From positions 32,001 to 96,000 of the IMG/VR virus record IMGVR_UViG_3300043446_004967: DNA of 64,000 nucleotides; one strand, given 5' to 3'. The number at the start of each line of letters is the position of its first letter. Position 1 is the first letter of the stretch. This document shows, in pieces, positions 46,823-57,624 of this stretch. The translations under genes and the position numbers were made by a program. The notes below the pieces were generated by a model. It saw nothing but the letters and a program-made list of their open reading frames with translations. It made no database searches and was not told where the DNA came from. Source of the DNA: a virus.

Positions 46823-48299
46823 AGCTCGCGGACACCTCCTTTATCGTAGCTCCGGCCTGTACGAAACATTTCCTCCGGGAAGCCGCCCTACGCAACAGGA
46901 AGGCGTACCTCGCCGCATCCGGCGTGCCTTGCGCCAAAACATCCGTGATACTGTACCACTCCGGAACGGGCTTACCCGGGTAAAACCGGACAATCCGTCC
47001 TATCGCCTGCGTTAAATTCGTGCGCGGCGCCGCCTCCACGCCCATGTCTAGGCGAGGCACATCTACGCCCGTATCAAATATCCCGTAGGTAGCCAGTAAA
47101 ATGCTGCAACACTTTGCCATCTCCTTATATTCAGCTTCTTTAACTTTAATCTTTTTATCCAAAAAGTTACCCTGCTCGTCCCTCTGATAAACCTGCCCGA
47201 CGTACAAACCTACCTCCTCAGAAGGAACCCCCTTTGCTACCAGCAAGTCTTTGAGCAGCTGAAGCTGCTTAACATTGTCAGCGAACACCACAGGATTACG
47301 CTTCCGAAGATAACCGCGCGTGTACACGGTCTCCGCAAGCCACGCGTTTCTGCTCCCCCACAAGGCTAACGCAGGAAGCACCTTACTTTCATGGTATACC
47401 TTAAACGGAGGTCTGCCGGAAACCCGGCAAATATACACAATAGGCTTAAGCACCTCTTGGGAAGACGTGACTTTTGGCGTGCCTAAATGTAGATCACAGA
47501 CCCGCCCCAGAACCCCGGCTTTGTTTGTAGCGGTGTAGCCTACGCGAATCCTTGCAGGAAACAGAGAAAGCACCTTCGACATGAGAGGCGCCGCCACCTT
47601 GTGCACTTCGTCAATAGTGATCTTGCCAAAGTAGGAGTAAAAAGCCTCGGGATACCGCCGCATCACAAGTGATTGCAGCATGGCGACTACGAAATATTTT
47701 CCTTCATAGTCGCACACATCCTGCTGGACGAACCCGACATGCTTTCGGACAAACTCATCTCCGAAGAAAAAAGCCATGCCGTTCTTCTCCTGCCTGCTCC
47801 CCGCCCACTGAAGTTTAAGCGTGTTACGGGGAACAATAATCAGGGTAGGAACCCCGATATTAGCTGAGACAAACAGGTCAGTGACGGTCTTCCCTGACCC
47901 TGTCTTGGCGTTCGCCACGATGTCTATCGGTCCTTTTGGCGCGCAAGCCTTTAACACGGCGTCCATGAAGGCTTTTTGCTGAGAGTCACGCGGGGTTATA
48001 GCCCCGCGAAACTCTCTCAACCCACAAGTATCCCCTCTTGCGGTAAGGTCTTTATACCTCACCGCAGGGAATCGCTCAAGCCCGAACGCACGAGGGACAC
48101 CGAAGTAACCTGAGTAGGTGCTGTCGTCATAACAGCAGACTTCCGTATAGGACACCTTGGCGCCGCCCGGCGAATACACCGGCTCCCTTAGCGTCAGTTC
48201 ACTACGCAACGAGGACAGATCGCCAACTGTTCGCACGGGCAAGTAAAGCATCGATGAAAGAAAAGCCGTTCCCTGCGGCACGGGCGCACTTAATCCCAT
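46815..48299 (-). CDS. SF2 DNA helicase
   Basis: TGSGKT, DEVH, TAT, GVDVP, QAIGRIVR. Confidence 0.9.
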   Translation of the reverse strand: MGLSAPVPQGTAFLSSMLYLPVRTVGDLSSLRSELTLREPVYSPGGAKVSYTEVCCYDDSTYSGYFGVPRAFGLERFPAVRYKDLTARGDTCGLREFRGAITPRDSQQKAFMDAVLKACAPKGPIDIVANAKTGSGKTVTDLFVSANIGVPTLIIVPRNTLKLQWAGSRQEKNGMAFFFGDEFVRKHVGFVQQDVCDYEGKYFVVAMLQSLVMRRYPEAFYSYFGKITIDEVHKVAAPLMSKVLSLFPARIRVGYTATNKAGVLGRVCDLHLGTPKVTSSQEVLKPIVYICRVSGRPPFKVYHESKVLPALALWGSRNAWLAETVYTRGYLRKRNPVVFADNVKQLQLLKDLLVAKGVPSEEVGLYVGQVYQRDEQGNFLDKKIKVKEAEYKEMAKCCSILLATYGIFDTGVDVPRLDMGVEAAPRTNLTQAIGRIVRFYPGKPVPEWYSITDVLAQGTPDAARYAFLLRRAASRRKCFVQAGATIKEVSASYG

Positions 48300-49141
48300 T
48301 CCGGAGCCTCGCCCGACGCACCAGAAAATTCTTCGTCCCCGAACGCCGCACCCGCCGCAAATAACGACCGAAGTTCGTCTTCCGAGGGCGTCTTAAACAC
48401 GGAAAAGTAATCCGTCGGCGTAACGTCTTTATACTTAGATAACTGTGCTTCCGTTAGTCGGTTCACAGTTTCTATTTTTTTCGTCACAGGATTTCTGAGC
48501 TTTACCCCGGGGATCATACTGAACGGAGCTTTCGGCATGTCCTTATGCAAGGTGAACGCCATACCTCTCACAGAAGCCCCGGACTTCCACCCAGTTACCC
48601 GCACAAACGCCTCAAGCTGACTAGGTTTAAGCACCAGCAACTTCTTTGAGTAGGGAACGGTCTCACCCGCCTTCGTGACGTAGGGCGTCAAAACAAGGAC
48701 CGTTAAAAACAATCCATTATACGAACGGGCGTCCGGCAGGGCAAGGCACGCCGGGCAAATCCCATGCTCTTGCCGGCAGCCGACCGTGTGCCCCCATCGC
48801 CCGTCAGGCCCTTTGTACGAATGCTCCCAAAACCGGAAAAAACCCTCCCGGCCTTGATCTAAAATAACCACCTCACGGCTTTCTCCGCGCTTAAAATAGA
48901 GACGGTTATTCTGCGCGCGCTTGGCGGCGTACATCTCGCTCCGCTGCTTGTCTTCCCTGATCGCAACGTCGAGCGCCACGAAACGGCCACTTACGGTGCC
49001 CGCCGAAGGCTTAACCCCCCCTAACTTACGGGTGGAGTTTAACGCAGAGCCCCCAGCCTGACGCGCGGGAAGCTGTCGCGTGGGAAGCTGACGCGCGGGA
49101 GAGCTAACCCCCTGTCCGCCACGTCTTGTTAATTTTGTCAT
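48290..49141 (-). CDS. Putative ssDNA-binding protein (gp32-like)
   Basis: WEH..C..CPAC Zn site, acidic C-tail, replication context. Confidence 0.6.
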   Translation of the reverse strand: MTKLTRRGGQGVSSPARQLPTRQLPARQAGGSALNSTRKLGGVKPSAGTVSGRFVALDVAIREDKQRSEMYAAKRAQNNRLYFKRGESREVVILDQGREGFFRFWEHSYKGPDGRWGHTVGCRQEHGICPACLALPDARSYNGLFLTVLVLTPYVTKAGETVPYSKKLLVLKPSQLEAFVRVTGWKSGASVRGMAFTLHKDMPKAPFSMIPGVKLRNPVTKKIETVNRLTEAQLSKYKDVTPTDYFSVFKTPSEDELRSLFAAGAAFGDEEFSGASGEAPEWD

Positions 49142-49161
49142 CTGAATAATCCTTAATTGTA

Positions 49162-50196
49162 CTACCCGAGATAGCACTTAGCCCGTCCAATCATTTGACG
49201 AATCTGGGAAGCCGTGCACTCTCCGGGATCTTTTAAACAGCGCCGCCCGCTTTCCGGGTAAGACGCTACGTACTGCGGGAAACACCCGTCAAACTCCGCC
49301 AACACCCCTCTAGAACGTTTAGCCCCTCCGGGGGCCTCGGCGCCCCATAAAACCTTATCGCCTGCGGCGTCTCGGTCCACCATCCAAATAACCGACGCCC
49401 CGAACCGCCGAAGTTTGTCCTTCTTGGCTTGCGTCAGCTCCGTCCCTAAAATAGCAAAGACGGAACGATCTGCCGTGATAGCGCCCGACCCCAATACCGC
49501 CGCATAGTCGAACAGGCCCTCCACGATAATAATCGTATGAGGCCGTGCAACCCCACAGCGATTTATCAAATGCTCTCCCAAGAAAACCTTAGCCTTCGGA
49601 AGTCCGGAATAGTCGCGTACTCTAGGGCCGGCCTCCGAGTCTCGCACCGTTCTTCCGGAAAACCCCAGAAAAACTCCGCGATAGTCGTATACGGGAAACA
49701 ACACTCTACCGGAAGTTCCGTCCCACCGTAAGCGCATTCGCAGCGCAGTGCGCCAAGAAATTCCCCGCCGTGTAAGGTAGGGGTGAGTTAAAAGGGGAGG
49801 GTAATCCGCCTCCCCCTGCGCGGCGCCTAACGCCTTTTCATAGGAAAAGCGACCCTCCTTCTCCTTAAACCGCCATGACGGACTCCCGGACAGGACAGCG
49901 GACTCCGCAAGTTCTACGCGCCTGACAGTGTCCGACAAGTCTTCATCCCGTAAATAACCGAGAAGCGATACCGCCTGCGCGAAAGTTCCCTTCTGCCCGC
50001 AGGTAAAACACTTGAAGTATGACGGACCTGACCCGCCTACGCGAATACCGAACGAGGGATGGTTATCCGCCCCGCTGCCATGCGTGGCGAACGCAAACGG
50101 ACAACTGCCCGAAAGCCAACCTTCCGTCACACCGTTCCCGCCGCCAAGGCGAATGCCCAGCTCCTCGCAGAAAGCCCGAGCTTCATGCACCTGCAT
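49162..50196 (-). CDS. DNA primase (Zn finger + TOPRIM)
   Basis: CPF..H..CFTC, YLTRRGI, GFSGR, VEGLFD, DRDAAG. Confidence 0.9.
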   Translation of the reverse strand: MQVHEARAFCEELGIRLGGGNGVTEGWLSGSCPFAFATHGSGADNHPSFGIRVGGSGPSYFKCFTCGQKGTFAQAVSLLGYLRDEDLSDTVRRVELAESAVLSGSPSWRFKEKEGRFSYEKALGAAQGEADYPPLLTHPYLTRRGISWRTALRMRLRWDGTSGRVLFPVYDYRGVFLGFSGRTVRDSEAGPRVRDYSGLPKAKVFLGEHLINRCGVARPHTIIIVEGLFDYAAVLGSGAITADRSVFAILGTELTQAKKDKLRRFGASVIWMVDRDAAGDKVLWGAEAPGGAKRSRGVLAEFDGCFPQYVASYPESGRRCLKDPGECTASQIRQMIGRAKCYLG

Positions 50197-50665
50197 CAGA
50201 AAACAGCGCCTCGCCTTGGACGATCACCCCGCCTTTACGTAGGTCCAACTTATGCGAGTAACAGTTTAGACGGCTACGAATGCTCGCCCAAACGCCGTAA
50301 AAATCTACGAAAAGCGTTGCCAAAGCTCCGCTCAACTCCTCCGCCATCGGACGATCCAGCCAATAGGCGAAATCGGCAGGGCCGTGTAACCCGAACCCAA
50401 CGACGGGGGGCTTAAACCCACCGTCGCTATGGCATAGCTGTCGTATCCCCGCTTCTGTCGCAGCATCAGCACGAAGGGCTAAGACCTCTCGGCCAATGTC
50501 CCATATAGACGCAAAGGAAGAAATAAGGCGGGCAAACACCGCACGCTCATCTTCCGTCAATTCCCCCAACGGAATATCCTCGGCCTCCGAAAACGGGGGC
50601 AACCAAGTATCTAGCCCAGACTCCTCCCCGACTCTACATGGAAAATGTATCACTGTTGCGTTCAT
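50183..50665 (-). CDS. Hypothetical protein
   Basis: GGAGG RBS in operon. Confidence 0.55.
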   Translation of the reverse strand: MNATVIHFPCRVGEESGLDTWLPPFSEAEDIPLGELTEDERAVFARLISSFASIWDIGREVLALRADAATEAGIRQLCHSDGGFKPPVVGFGLHGPADFAYWLDRPMAEELSGALATLFVDFYGVWASIRSRLNCYSHKLDLRKGGVIVQGEALFSDAGA

Positions 50666-50682
50666 TGTGGGCCACCTCCCAA

Positions 50683-51231
50683 CTATTTTGAGGGCAACCG
50701 ACGCACGGGACGCTTAGCGGACGCGCGCGCCTTCTCCCCCCGCAATATGACGGCAGAACTTTTTTTTGCCGAGTCCGCAGGGGCCGTAACGATTTCGTGC
50801 CCGGGCGCATCTATCTCCCACTCCGCCGCGTCCGGGGATGCCTCGGCGGGCGCCCATTTAGGGTCCGTCCCTTTCGTAGGCCGAGAAACCTCTAACACAG
50901 AAACCACGTCTTGCCCCGCCGAACTTCGAGCTGCCTCCTTCCCGACGCTCAGCGCCTCTAAGAACTGCGCCTCAGTTAACCGCCCCTCGCGGAACAACCG
51001 CAACCAGCCGGCAGGGTCTATGACCGACGTAGACCCCGGGATATACCCGTATTTTCGCCCCTTATAACGAATGGTAGTCTCGGGCGGGAACCCGCTCGCC
51101 CGAAGGTAAGCCCCAAACGTGTTTTTTAGTAAAGTCGCCTGTTTGTTTTTTTTACTTTCGGCTTCCTTAGCCGCCGTCTCTAACTCAAGGTACGCTAGCG
51201 CGAGCGTCTTAAACTCCGCAAGGGTAGACAT
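50683..51231 (-). CDS. Hypothetical protein
   Basis: AGGAG RBS in operon. Confidence 0.65.
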   Translation of the reverse strand: MSTLAEFKTLALAYLELETAAKEAESKKNKQATLLKNTFGAYLRASGFPPETTIRYKGRKYGYIPGSTSVIDPAGWLRLFREGRLTEAQFLEALSVGKEAARSSAGQDVVSVLEVSRPTKGTDPKWAPAEASPDAAEWEIDAPGHEIVTAPADSAKKSSAVILRGEKARASAKRPVRRLPSK

Positions 51232-51232
51232 G

Positions 51233-53872
51233 CTAGACTCTCCTTAATAATTTCCTCGGTTTTATGTTTCGGCGTAAAACGTGAACTTTACGTCGTGCAC
51301 GTTCTTTACGTACTTCGACGGGCCCGCAGGTAACGTACCGAATGATGTCGTCCGCCGTCTTAACTGCGGTATCCGCAACTAACGCCTCCCACTTAGGGGA
51401 GAGTTCGTGCATCTCGGAAAGGTTATACCCTATTGAAACATCGGCCTCAATAGGAATCGGGAGCTTGAGGCCAAACCACTCCTCAAGAGGGTTCGTCTCC
51501 ATGTAGTGTTTTATGGTTTTGCACGCCCACATGGCGTCTTCTTGCTTAACCAGCGAAATAATGGCGTCGTGTACGAACCCGCAAACACGCACCTTATCCT
51601 TCGGCACTTCCGCGTTAATGCGCGTCATCGCCATCAAGCCCAAGTCGTTAGCGAAAGACTGTACAGGGGAATTTATAGCCTGGCGTTCCGCCTGCTTACG
51701 CACGCCTTCGTCCTCGCTGAACACCGTAGGCAGGTGTCGTACCCTGCCGTTTAGCGATCTCACGTAGCCGTTCTTCTTGACAAACGCAATAACCTGCTCA
51801 TGCCATCTGGATAAGTTAGCATAGGTTTTAAAGAAAAGAACCCGAACCTGCTCGGCCTCTTTATCCGTAAAATCTACGCCATAGTCGGTCTTAGCATACG
51901 TTTTGAATTTCTTCCACCACATCCCGTAGATGAACCCGAAATTTACCGCCTTAGCCTTCGTGCGGGCGTCTTTCCGCACTTCCGTCGTAAGCTCCTGAAA
52001 CGCCTTAAGGCTAAGGCCCATCAACCGCGCCGCCGTGGCGGAGTGGATGTCCCCTCGCTCTTTGTAAATCTTGAGCATAGTGGGGTCATTCGCCATGATA
52101 GCGACGACTCTAAGCTCAATCTGAGACAGGTCGGACTCAACAAACACATAGCCCGGCGGGGCACGAAAGATCTTGCGGTAAGCCTTCGCTAACGCCCCCC
52201 TCTTCGGGAAGTTCTGCCCGTTTGGGTCGCGCGACGCCGTCCGTCCTGTTGAGGTAGCGTGCAGCAGATAAGTAGGAAACACACGCCCGTCATGGATATA
52301 TTTTGTGAATCCGTTAACATACGTATTCAACAACTTGTCCACTTTGTTGTAGTCCATCAACCGCGCGACAAGCGGATGTTCCGCGAAGTAGGATAAATGA
52401 TCCTTAGCCGAGGTGCTGGCAACGGGAGCCTCTTTTGGGCTGGTTTTTGTAAACACCTTCGGCGAAAGACAAAGACCCGCCGGATGGGAGAACAGCCACG
52501 CACGTATAAGGTCCGCTCGGTTAAACTTGATGCCTACCCCCGTGGACGCGAACTCCTCGCGTATATGCCTCGGCAATAACCGGTTAAGTTCTGCCCTATT
52601 CGCGGCCTGCCTTTCCTCAAGGAACGCTTTAAAATTCGCAAACTCCTCTGGGTCAATACATAGCCCCGGACGCTCCGCGTCGCAGAACATCCGCATAGCG
52701 GGCTGCGTAACTCGACGGTAAGAGTTGTAGGCGCGCGCGTCTTTTCTCAGCATCGGGGAAAGCACATGAAACAAACGTAAACAAGCGTCCACGTCACCGG
52801 CGCCGTAAGGGAGCATCTTCTCCGGGCGGAACAAGTCCATCCTCGACTTTCCTTGATGCTCTGGGTCAGTGTTGTAGGCGTCATTGTACCCGGCCATCTC
52901 CGGCACGTACAACCTGACGCACTCATCCAAACTTTTAGAGATCTGGTTCTCGTCCAAGCCGTGCGTCAACAGGATAGTGTCCCCGTAGTAGTTGGCGACG
53001 TTAATCCCTAGCTTTTCTCGTAAAAAATGGACGTCAAATTTAAAATTATGGCCGATGACCTTGACCTTCGGGTTTTCCAACAACAACTTCAACTGGCGCA
53101 CCACTCGCGCACGCGAGTAAGTCGAGTCAGTAGGGGCTAACGCATAGTCAATCGGTATGGCCACGGCCTCCCCCGGCGTTCGGCAAAGCTGAACCGTAAG
53201 AATCTTGGTGTCCGACGCGTACCACTTTAACCCCGTGGTTTCCGTGTCCACGCACAAAAGCTCCGGAGGGTTTCTTAACCACTCTCGCAAGTCCCAACAC
53301 CACCTGTACCGCTTCCCTGCGCCGGAAGCCCCTTCAGCGGAAAGAGCGTACCCCGCCGTTTTTAGCGCGGCTAACCTCCGCATGTCAGTCTCGTAAGTGT
53401 GCTGTAAGTTCGGCACCCGACGAATGTGCGTCAAGCTCAACGTCGGGAGGATCACGACGCCCTCGCGTTTTTCGTCCGGAACGGGAACCCCGCGCGCGAC
53501 CGTAATCTTAACGGCGCGCCCGAAAACCTGCCGCGCCGCGCACTTTCCGGAGGCCACAATCACGCGCGGGGCCAAGCGAGCGACCTCCGCGTCAAACGCC
53601 TCCTTATACGCCTTCAGATGCTCCGCCGTCTGCTTTTCGCTCTTGTACGCCTCCGGGGTTAAGGGAGGCGCGGCGGCCAAGATCAACGCCGTCTCCCCCG
53701 TGTAACCCATCGCTTTCAGGTCCGTAATAATCTTTTCGGTGTCCTTAGCGTTAACCCCAGGATGCCCCGGGATTAAATGAGAAGGCGCCACCGCAGGTTC
53801 TACAACAAACAATATTTCAGGGCGACGCGCACGGCCCACACGAGGCAGCGCCGCCGCAACCGAATTAGTCAT
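51233..53872 (-). CDS. polA: Family A DNA polymerase with N-terminal UDG-like and 3'-5' exonuclease domains
   Basis: DTETTG, HNFKFD, TGR..S..PNGQN, DLSQIELR, AKAVNFG.IYG, VHDA. Confidence 0.95.
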   Translation of the reverse strand: MTNSVAAALPRVGRARRPEILFVVEPAVAPSHLIPGHPGVNAKDTEKIITDLKAMGYTGETALILAAAPPLTPEAYKSEKQTAEHLKAYKEAFDAEVARLAPRVIVASGKCAARQVFGRAVKITVARGVPVPDEKREGVVILPTLSLTHIRRVPNLQHTYETDMRRLAALKTAGYALSAEGASGAGKRYRWCWDLREWLRNPPELLCVDTETTGLKWYASDTKILTVQLCRTPGEAVAIPIDYALAPTDSTYSRARVVRQLKLLLENPKVKVIGHNFKFDVHFLREKLGINVANYYGDTILLTHGLDENQISKSLDECVRLYVPEMAGYNDAYNTDPEHQGKSRMDLFRPEKMLPYGAGDVDACLRLFHVLSPMLRKDARAYNSYRRVTQPAMRMFCDAERPGLCIDPEEFANFKAFLEERQAANRAELNRLLPRHIREEFASTGVGIKFNRADLIRAWLFSHPAGLCLSPKVFTKTSPKEAPVASTSAKDHLSYFAEHPLVARLMDYNKVDKLLNTYVNGFTKYIHDGRVFPTYLLHATSTGRTASRDPNGQNFPKRGALAKAYRKIFRAPPGYVFVESDLSQIELRVVAIMANDPTMLKIYKERGDIHSATAARLMGLSLKAFQELTTEVRKDARTKAKAVNFGFIYGMWWKKFKTYAKTDYGVDFTDKEAEQVRVLFFKTYANLSRWHEQVIAFVKKNGYVRSLNGRVRHLPTVFSEDEGVRKQAERQAINSPVQSFANDLGLMAMTRINAEVPKDKVRVCGFVHDAIISLVKQEDAMWACKTIKHYMETNPLEEWFGLKLPIPIEADVSIGYNLSEMHELSPKWEALVADTAVKTADDIIRYVTCGPVEVRKERARRKVHVLRRNIKPRKLLRRV

Positions 53873-53883
53873 GGCTTACCTCT

Positions 53884-55194
53884 TTAAAAATCTAAGATGA
53901 TCGGGGCGGTGCCAGCAGCCGCAGGCGCGTCCTGTGTTACGACGGAAAAGTTAGGCACAGGGGTAAAGCTATAGTTGAGCAACCATTGCCCTTGCTCACC
54001 CTCACGTCCTTTTAATAGGCCGAGCCATCGCCGATCCGCTTGATGCGGCGGGTCCGCCGCCGCAAGTCCGAACACCAACGAAGAAACCTGCCCGACAACG
54101 TCGGTCTCCGCAATCTTCTCCAAACCGAGATGAGAGAGAGGGTGCACGTCTTCCGCGTTAGCCCCGGTGCGCGCGGGCTGCCTGACGGCCTGCCGGTTAA
54201 ACTGCACGGTCACGAGTACGGGACGGTTAAAATCCTTAGCGAGCGCCCCCAGCTCCTCAATGACATCGGACACGGTCTCCCTCCTGCCGCTCTGGCCGTG
54301 TCTCTTCTTCTCCGGGGTCAAAAGGTACGCCGCGTCCACGCAAATAACATCAGGGAGGCTGTCCATACAGATCGCCCGGACGGTCTCCACCGACTTCTTG
54401 AAGTTGCCCGCAACGAAATTAAACGGAATCCCGGAAGCCGCCATCGTAACCGCCGAGGCTTTCACGTAATCGAACGCGCCCGTCGATAAACCTCGACGAA
54501 ACATGCGGGGGTTAATGCCCGTGTGCATGGCTTGGACGCGACGGATAACCTGTAAGACCGTCATTTCCATCGACACAAACAACACGCTGCGACCGGCGGA
54601 CCATGCCGAGTAGGCGCTGTGCAATAGAACCCATGATTTCCCTTGTCCGGGACGGCCCACAAACGTAATGAGATCCCCTTGCTGCCATCCGTCAGTCACC
54701 GCGTCGATTGCCGCCCAGCCCGTAGCGACCCCCCGTAACCCCGAAATCCACTGCGTCAGCTCCTGGTCGTCAATGGACGACCGCAGCGCGGACTCCAGCG
54801 TAACGACGCCTCCTTCACCGAGCGATAAAGACCGCTCAACGCGTAGAACCTCGCGCGCTACCTCCACAGCCGCCGAAGCGTCCTGGCCTCTCAGCGCCTC
54901 TGAAAACGCCTGCAAATGAGGAAAAACCCCGAGGTATAACGCGCGCTCCCTTGCGCGCGCTACATAGTACGAAACCGGCTCGGGGACACGGACCAGCTCA
55001 ACCCCCGTTTCCCGCAAAAAAGTGCGCGGAGCAGGAAACGCCCTATGGGTATGTACATATTCGCACAGCCAAACAAAAGCTTCGCGTTCTTCGCCTTGTA
55101 AAAAAAAAGCGGCAGGAACTTCCCTCAGCGCAGACGCGGAGCCCTCTCTGCGTAAGGCGGAAAGAAGCTCTATTCCTTCCGATCTAGGCGGCAC
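53884..55194 (-). CDS. dnaB: DnaB-like replicative helicase
   Basis: GRPGQGKS, SMEM, VDAAYL, QFNR, KGREG. Confidence 0.88.
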   Translation of the reverse strand: MPPRSEGIELLSALRREGSASALREVPAAFFLQGEEREAFVWLCEYVHTHRAFPAPRTFLRETGVELVRVPEPVSYYVARARERALYLGVFPHLQAFSEALRGQDASAAVEVAREVLRVERSLSLGEGGVVTLESALRSSIDDQELTQWISGLRGVATGWAAIDAVTDGWQQGDLITFVGRPGQGKSWVLLHSAYSAWSAGRSVLFVSMEMTVLQVIRRVQAMHTGINPRMFRRGLSTGAFDYVKASAVTMAASGIPFNFVAGNFKKSVETVRAICMDSLPDVICVDAAYLLTPEKKRHGQSGRRETVSDVIEELGALAKDFNRPVLVTVQFNRQAVRQPARTGANAEDVHPLSHLGLEKIAETDVVGQVSSLVFGLAAADPPHQADRRWLGLLKGREGEQGQWLLNYSFTPVPNFSVVTQDAPAAAGTAPIILDF

Positions 55195-55825
55195 ACATAA
55201 CCTCCCGGACTTGCTGGTCTATCTCCGCCCGGAGATCGCCGGGCCACCAGTGCATCCCTTGAACGCCGGAGGACGAACTGAGATACAGCCGGGTGCCTTT
55301 TGCTAATTTTTTATGCAAAAAGTCCGCCACATGGCTTAGCTCCGCCGCCGTATATGGACACTCCGTCGTCCCGTCATAAAAAGACGAAATGAATAAGGCC
55401 CCGCAACGCTCAATCAAGGATATGACTTCCGCATCCACCTCGGAAAGACCGGACTTTGTGACAAGCGTCGTCAACCATCGTAGGGAGATAAAATAGGACG
55501 TTGTCTTACCTCCGAACAATTGGTGTTGCGTGTACAACAACTCCTTCGTTAACGCTTTAAACACGGGCAACCGAACGGCGGCTTCTCCGGAAACAAGAAT
55601 CCCTTTCCCCGCAACGCAATCCTCGCGGAAAGACGTTCCGGAGCCTTCCATATCCGTCAAATACCGGCGGAGCATTAACCCCGTGCGGCCGGTGCTCAAC
55701 AAGCTATGCTCGATAAACGACTGCGGCACGTTACAACCTTTGAGGACCGCCGCGCAGATCTCCTTATGGGAAGGGGCCTCCGGCGGCCCGTTTACGTCGT
55801 TAGCTAAGCGGGGGGTCTCAAACAC
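55184..55825 (-). CDS. DnaC/IstB-like loader, Walker A degenerate
   Basis: Lies between initiator and DnaB; KGILVSG followed by a non-canonical P-loop. Confidence 0.5.
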   Translation of the reverse strand: MFETPRLANDVNGPPEAPSHKEICAAVLKGCNVPQSFIEHSLLSTGRTGLMLRRYLTDMEGSGTSFREDCVAGKGILVSGEAAVRLPVFKALTKELLYTQHQLFGGKTTSYFISLRWLTTLVTKSGLSEVDAEVISLIERCGALFISSFYDGTTECPYTAAELSHVADFLHKKLAKGTRLYLSSSSGVQGMHWWPGDLRAEIDQQVREVMCAA

Positions 55826-57624
55826 TACTCGTTCCCCTCCTCGCCCTTAGCCTCACGAGCCTCACGAGCCTCACGCGCGTCTCTCGCAGCCAAAAAGGCG
55901 GCGAGTCCGCCATGAGCAAGCCCTGCCGGCGGGACGCCGCCACGAGTAGCCGCCGCACCGTCGTAGCTTACGGCAGCGCGAGGCCCATGAGCAGCGAAAC
56001 TCGTGCGCAACGTCTGGAGCATTTGCTGGAGTTCGGTAACGCGTGTTTCCAGTTCGGAAATGCGTTGGTCCTTTTCGGCAAGCTGCGCCTGCGCTTGGGA
56101 CAAGCCCGCCTGTGCCGCCGTTACCTCCGTGCGCAAGCGCACGCTGCCCGAACCCTTCGGCGCGAGCGGGTCAACGCAGCGCTTATACGCAGGTAAAAAT
56201 TTGTTAATATGTTTTACCAAGAACAGCAAGTTCGGAGTTCTCGGACAGTTCGCGGCATACTTTACGCCGACACACTCCTCCAAGATTGTGGCCCAGTTAC
56301 GAATAACCGTGGAGAAGAAATCCGCAGGATCTATGTCCTCAGGAAAAGCTTTTTCTACCAGCCGCGCCATTTGCGCTTTTTCCGCAACGGTCCATAGGTG
56401 GGGCGGAAGCGCAGGAAAAGCCTGTTCCACCGCGTTATCCCACGCGATGCGTGCTGCGCGAGCCGCCGAACCTTTTGTCCGCATAGCGCCCCGCTCAGCT
56501 AACCGATTCGTTACCGCTGTTTTGACGTTTTCAGATATGTTAAATAGTATCTCCTTCTGCTCCGCAGAAGAACGGGCAGGAACAGGTTTTTGCCGTGAGG
56601 GTGAGAGATCCTTTTTCGAGGTGGAATCCCGCGAAGAATTGTTATCTGAGTTATTTTTCATTTCTACAACTTTAAACTTATTAATTTTACGTAACAATCT
56701 ACCCCGGCTACAAGTAGCCGGTTCTAGGCTAGCGCTGTCGCAGGTTGGAATCAACTCCTCCGTTGGGTTTCCTGGAAAAACAGACTGAGAGGTTGAAGGA
56801 CACTTTTGCAGTGGGGTATCGACCTGCCCTTCCTTTTTCGGTCCTCGTTTTTTTCCTTTATCTTCCGTCGAGCCGGTTCCGGCGAGACGGATCGGGAGGA
56901 TAACTTCTTCGTTTAACTTCTTCTTCTTTTTACTTCTTATATTAAAGGTTCTGGCAAGTGTGACATCTCCCCCTATCGCACTTTCGCCGTCACCCCCTAT
57001 CGCAAGCGTGGCACCACCCCCATTGCCACTTGGGGCCGTATTTTCGGAGGTAATCGAGGGGCCAGCGGCTCTCGTTTCGGCGCTCTTTTTCGCTTTCTTT
57101 TTGGGCTTTTTCGGGCAGGTTATCGGAGTAGGCTCTTTTCCTGCGGGGACATACAAGTGGAAATCATCCTGAAACGGGCGAATATCTTCCGGTCTCCACG
57201 CGAAGTTTAACCCCATTAGCTTACGGGATTCCATCAAACTTACATTGTAATCCTCCTCCGGTCTCTCTTTTTTTGGGCAACCTCCAGGATGGCCTACTGT
57301 TATTATACCTTTTTCAGTGAGACTTTTTACCGCGCGTAATACTTGTCTTTTGCTTTTTCCTGTACCTTGAGTGACCATTACACGTTTATTGGTCTCAGGA
57401 TCAGTGACAAATACACCATGTGTTAGTTGGCTAGTGCTTATCCGTTCCTGTGTTTTTTTAAATTGTAATGTTCTTAAAGCAATAAACAGCATCACTTTCA
57501 GTTCGGCTCCGTCGAGATGGGGAGCGAAAAGTTCAAGCGCATCCTTCACAGTAGGGAGCACATCTTGCCTCTTTTGATCAAAGTTCTTAAGTCTTAGATT
57601 GACTTTCAGCGCATTAGCGGCCAT
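55825..57624 (-). CDS. Replication initiator, lambda O-like N-terminal wHTH
   Basis: LDGAELKVMLFIALRT..K..RISTSQL..TGKSKRQVLRAVKSLTEKGII. Confidence 0.75.
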   Translation of the reverse strand: MAANALKVNLRLKNFDQKRQDVLPTVKDALELFAPHLDGAELKVMLFIALRTLQFKKTQERISTSQLTHGVFVTDPETNKRVMVTQGTGKSKRQVLRAVKSLTEKGIITVGHPGGCPKKERPEEDYNVSLMESRKLMGLNFAWRPEDIRPFQDDFHLYVPAGKEPTPITCPKKPKKKAKKSAETRAAGPSITSENTAPSGNGGGATLAIGGDGESAIGGDVTLARTFNIRSKKKKKLNEEVILPIRLAGTGSTEDKGKKRGPKKEGQVDTPLQKCPSTSQSVFPGNPTEELIPTCDSASLEPATCSRGRLLRKINKFKVVEMKNNSDNNSSRDSTSKKDLSPSRQKPVPARSSAEQKEILFNISENVKTAVTNRLAERGAMRTKGSAARAARIAWDNAVEQAFPALPPHLWTVAEKAQMARLVEKAFPEDIDPADFFSTVIRNWATILEECVGVKYAANCPRTPNLLFLVKHINKFLPAYKRCVDPLAPKGSGSVRLRTEVTAAQAGLSQAQAQLAEKDQRISELETRVTELQQMLQTLRTSFAAHGPRAAVSYDGAAATRGGVPPAGLAHGGLAAFLAARDAREAREAREAKGEEGNE

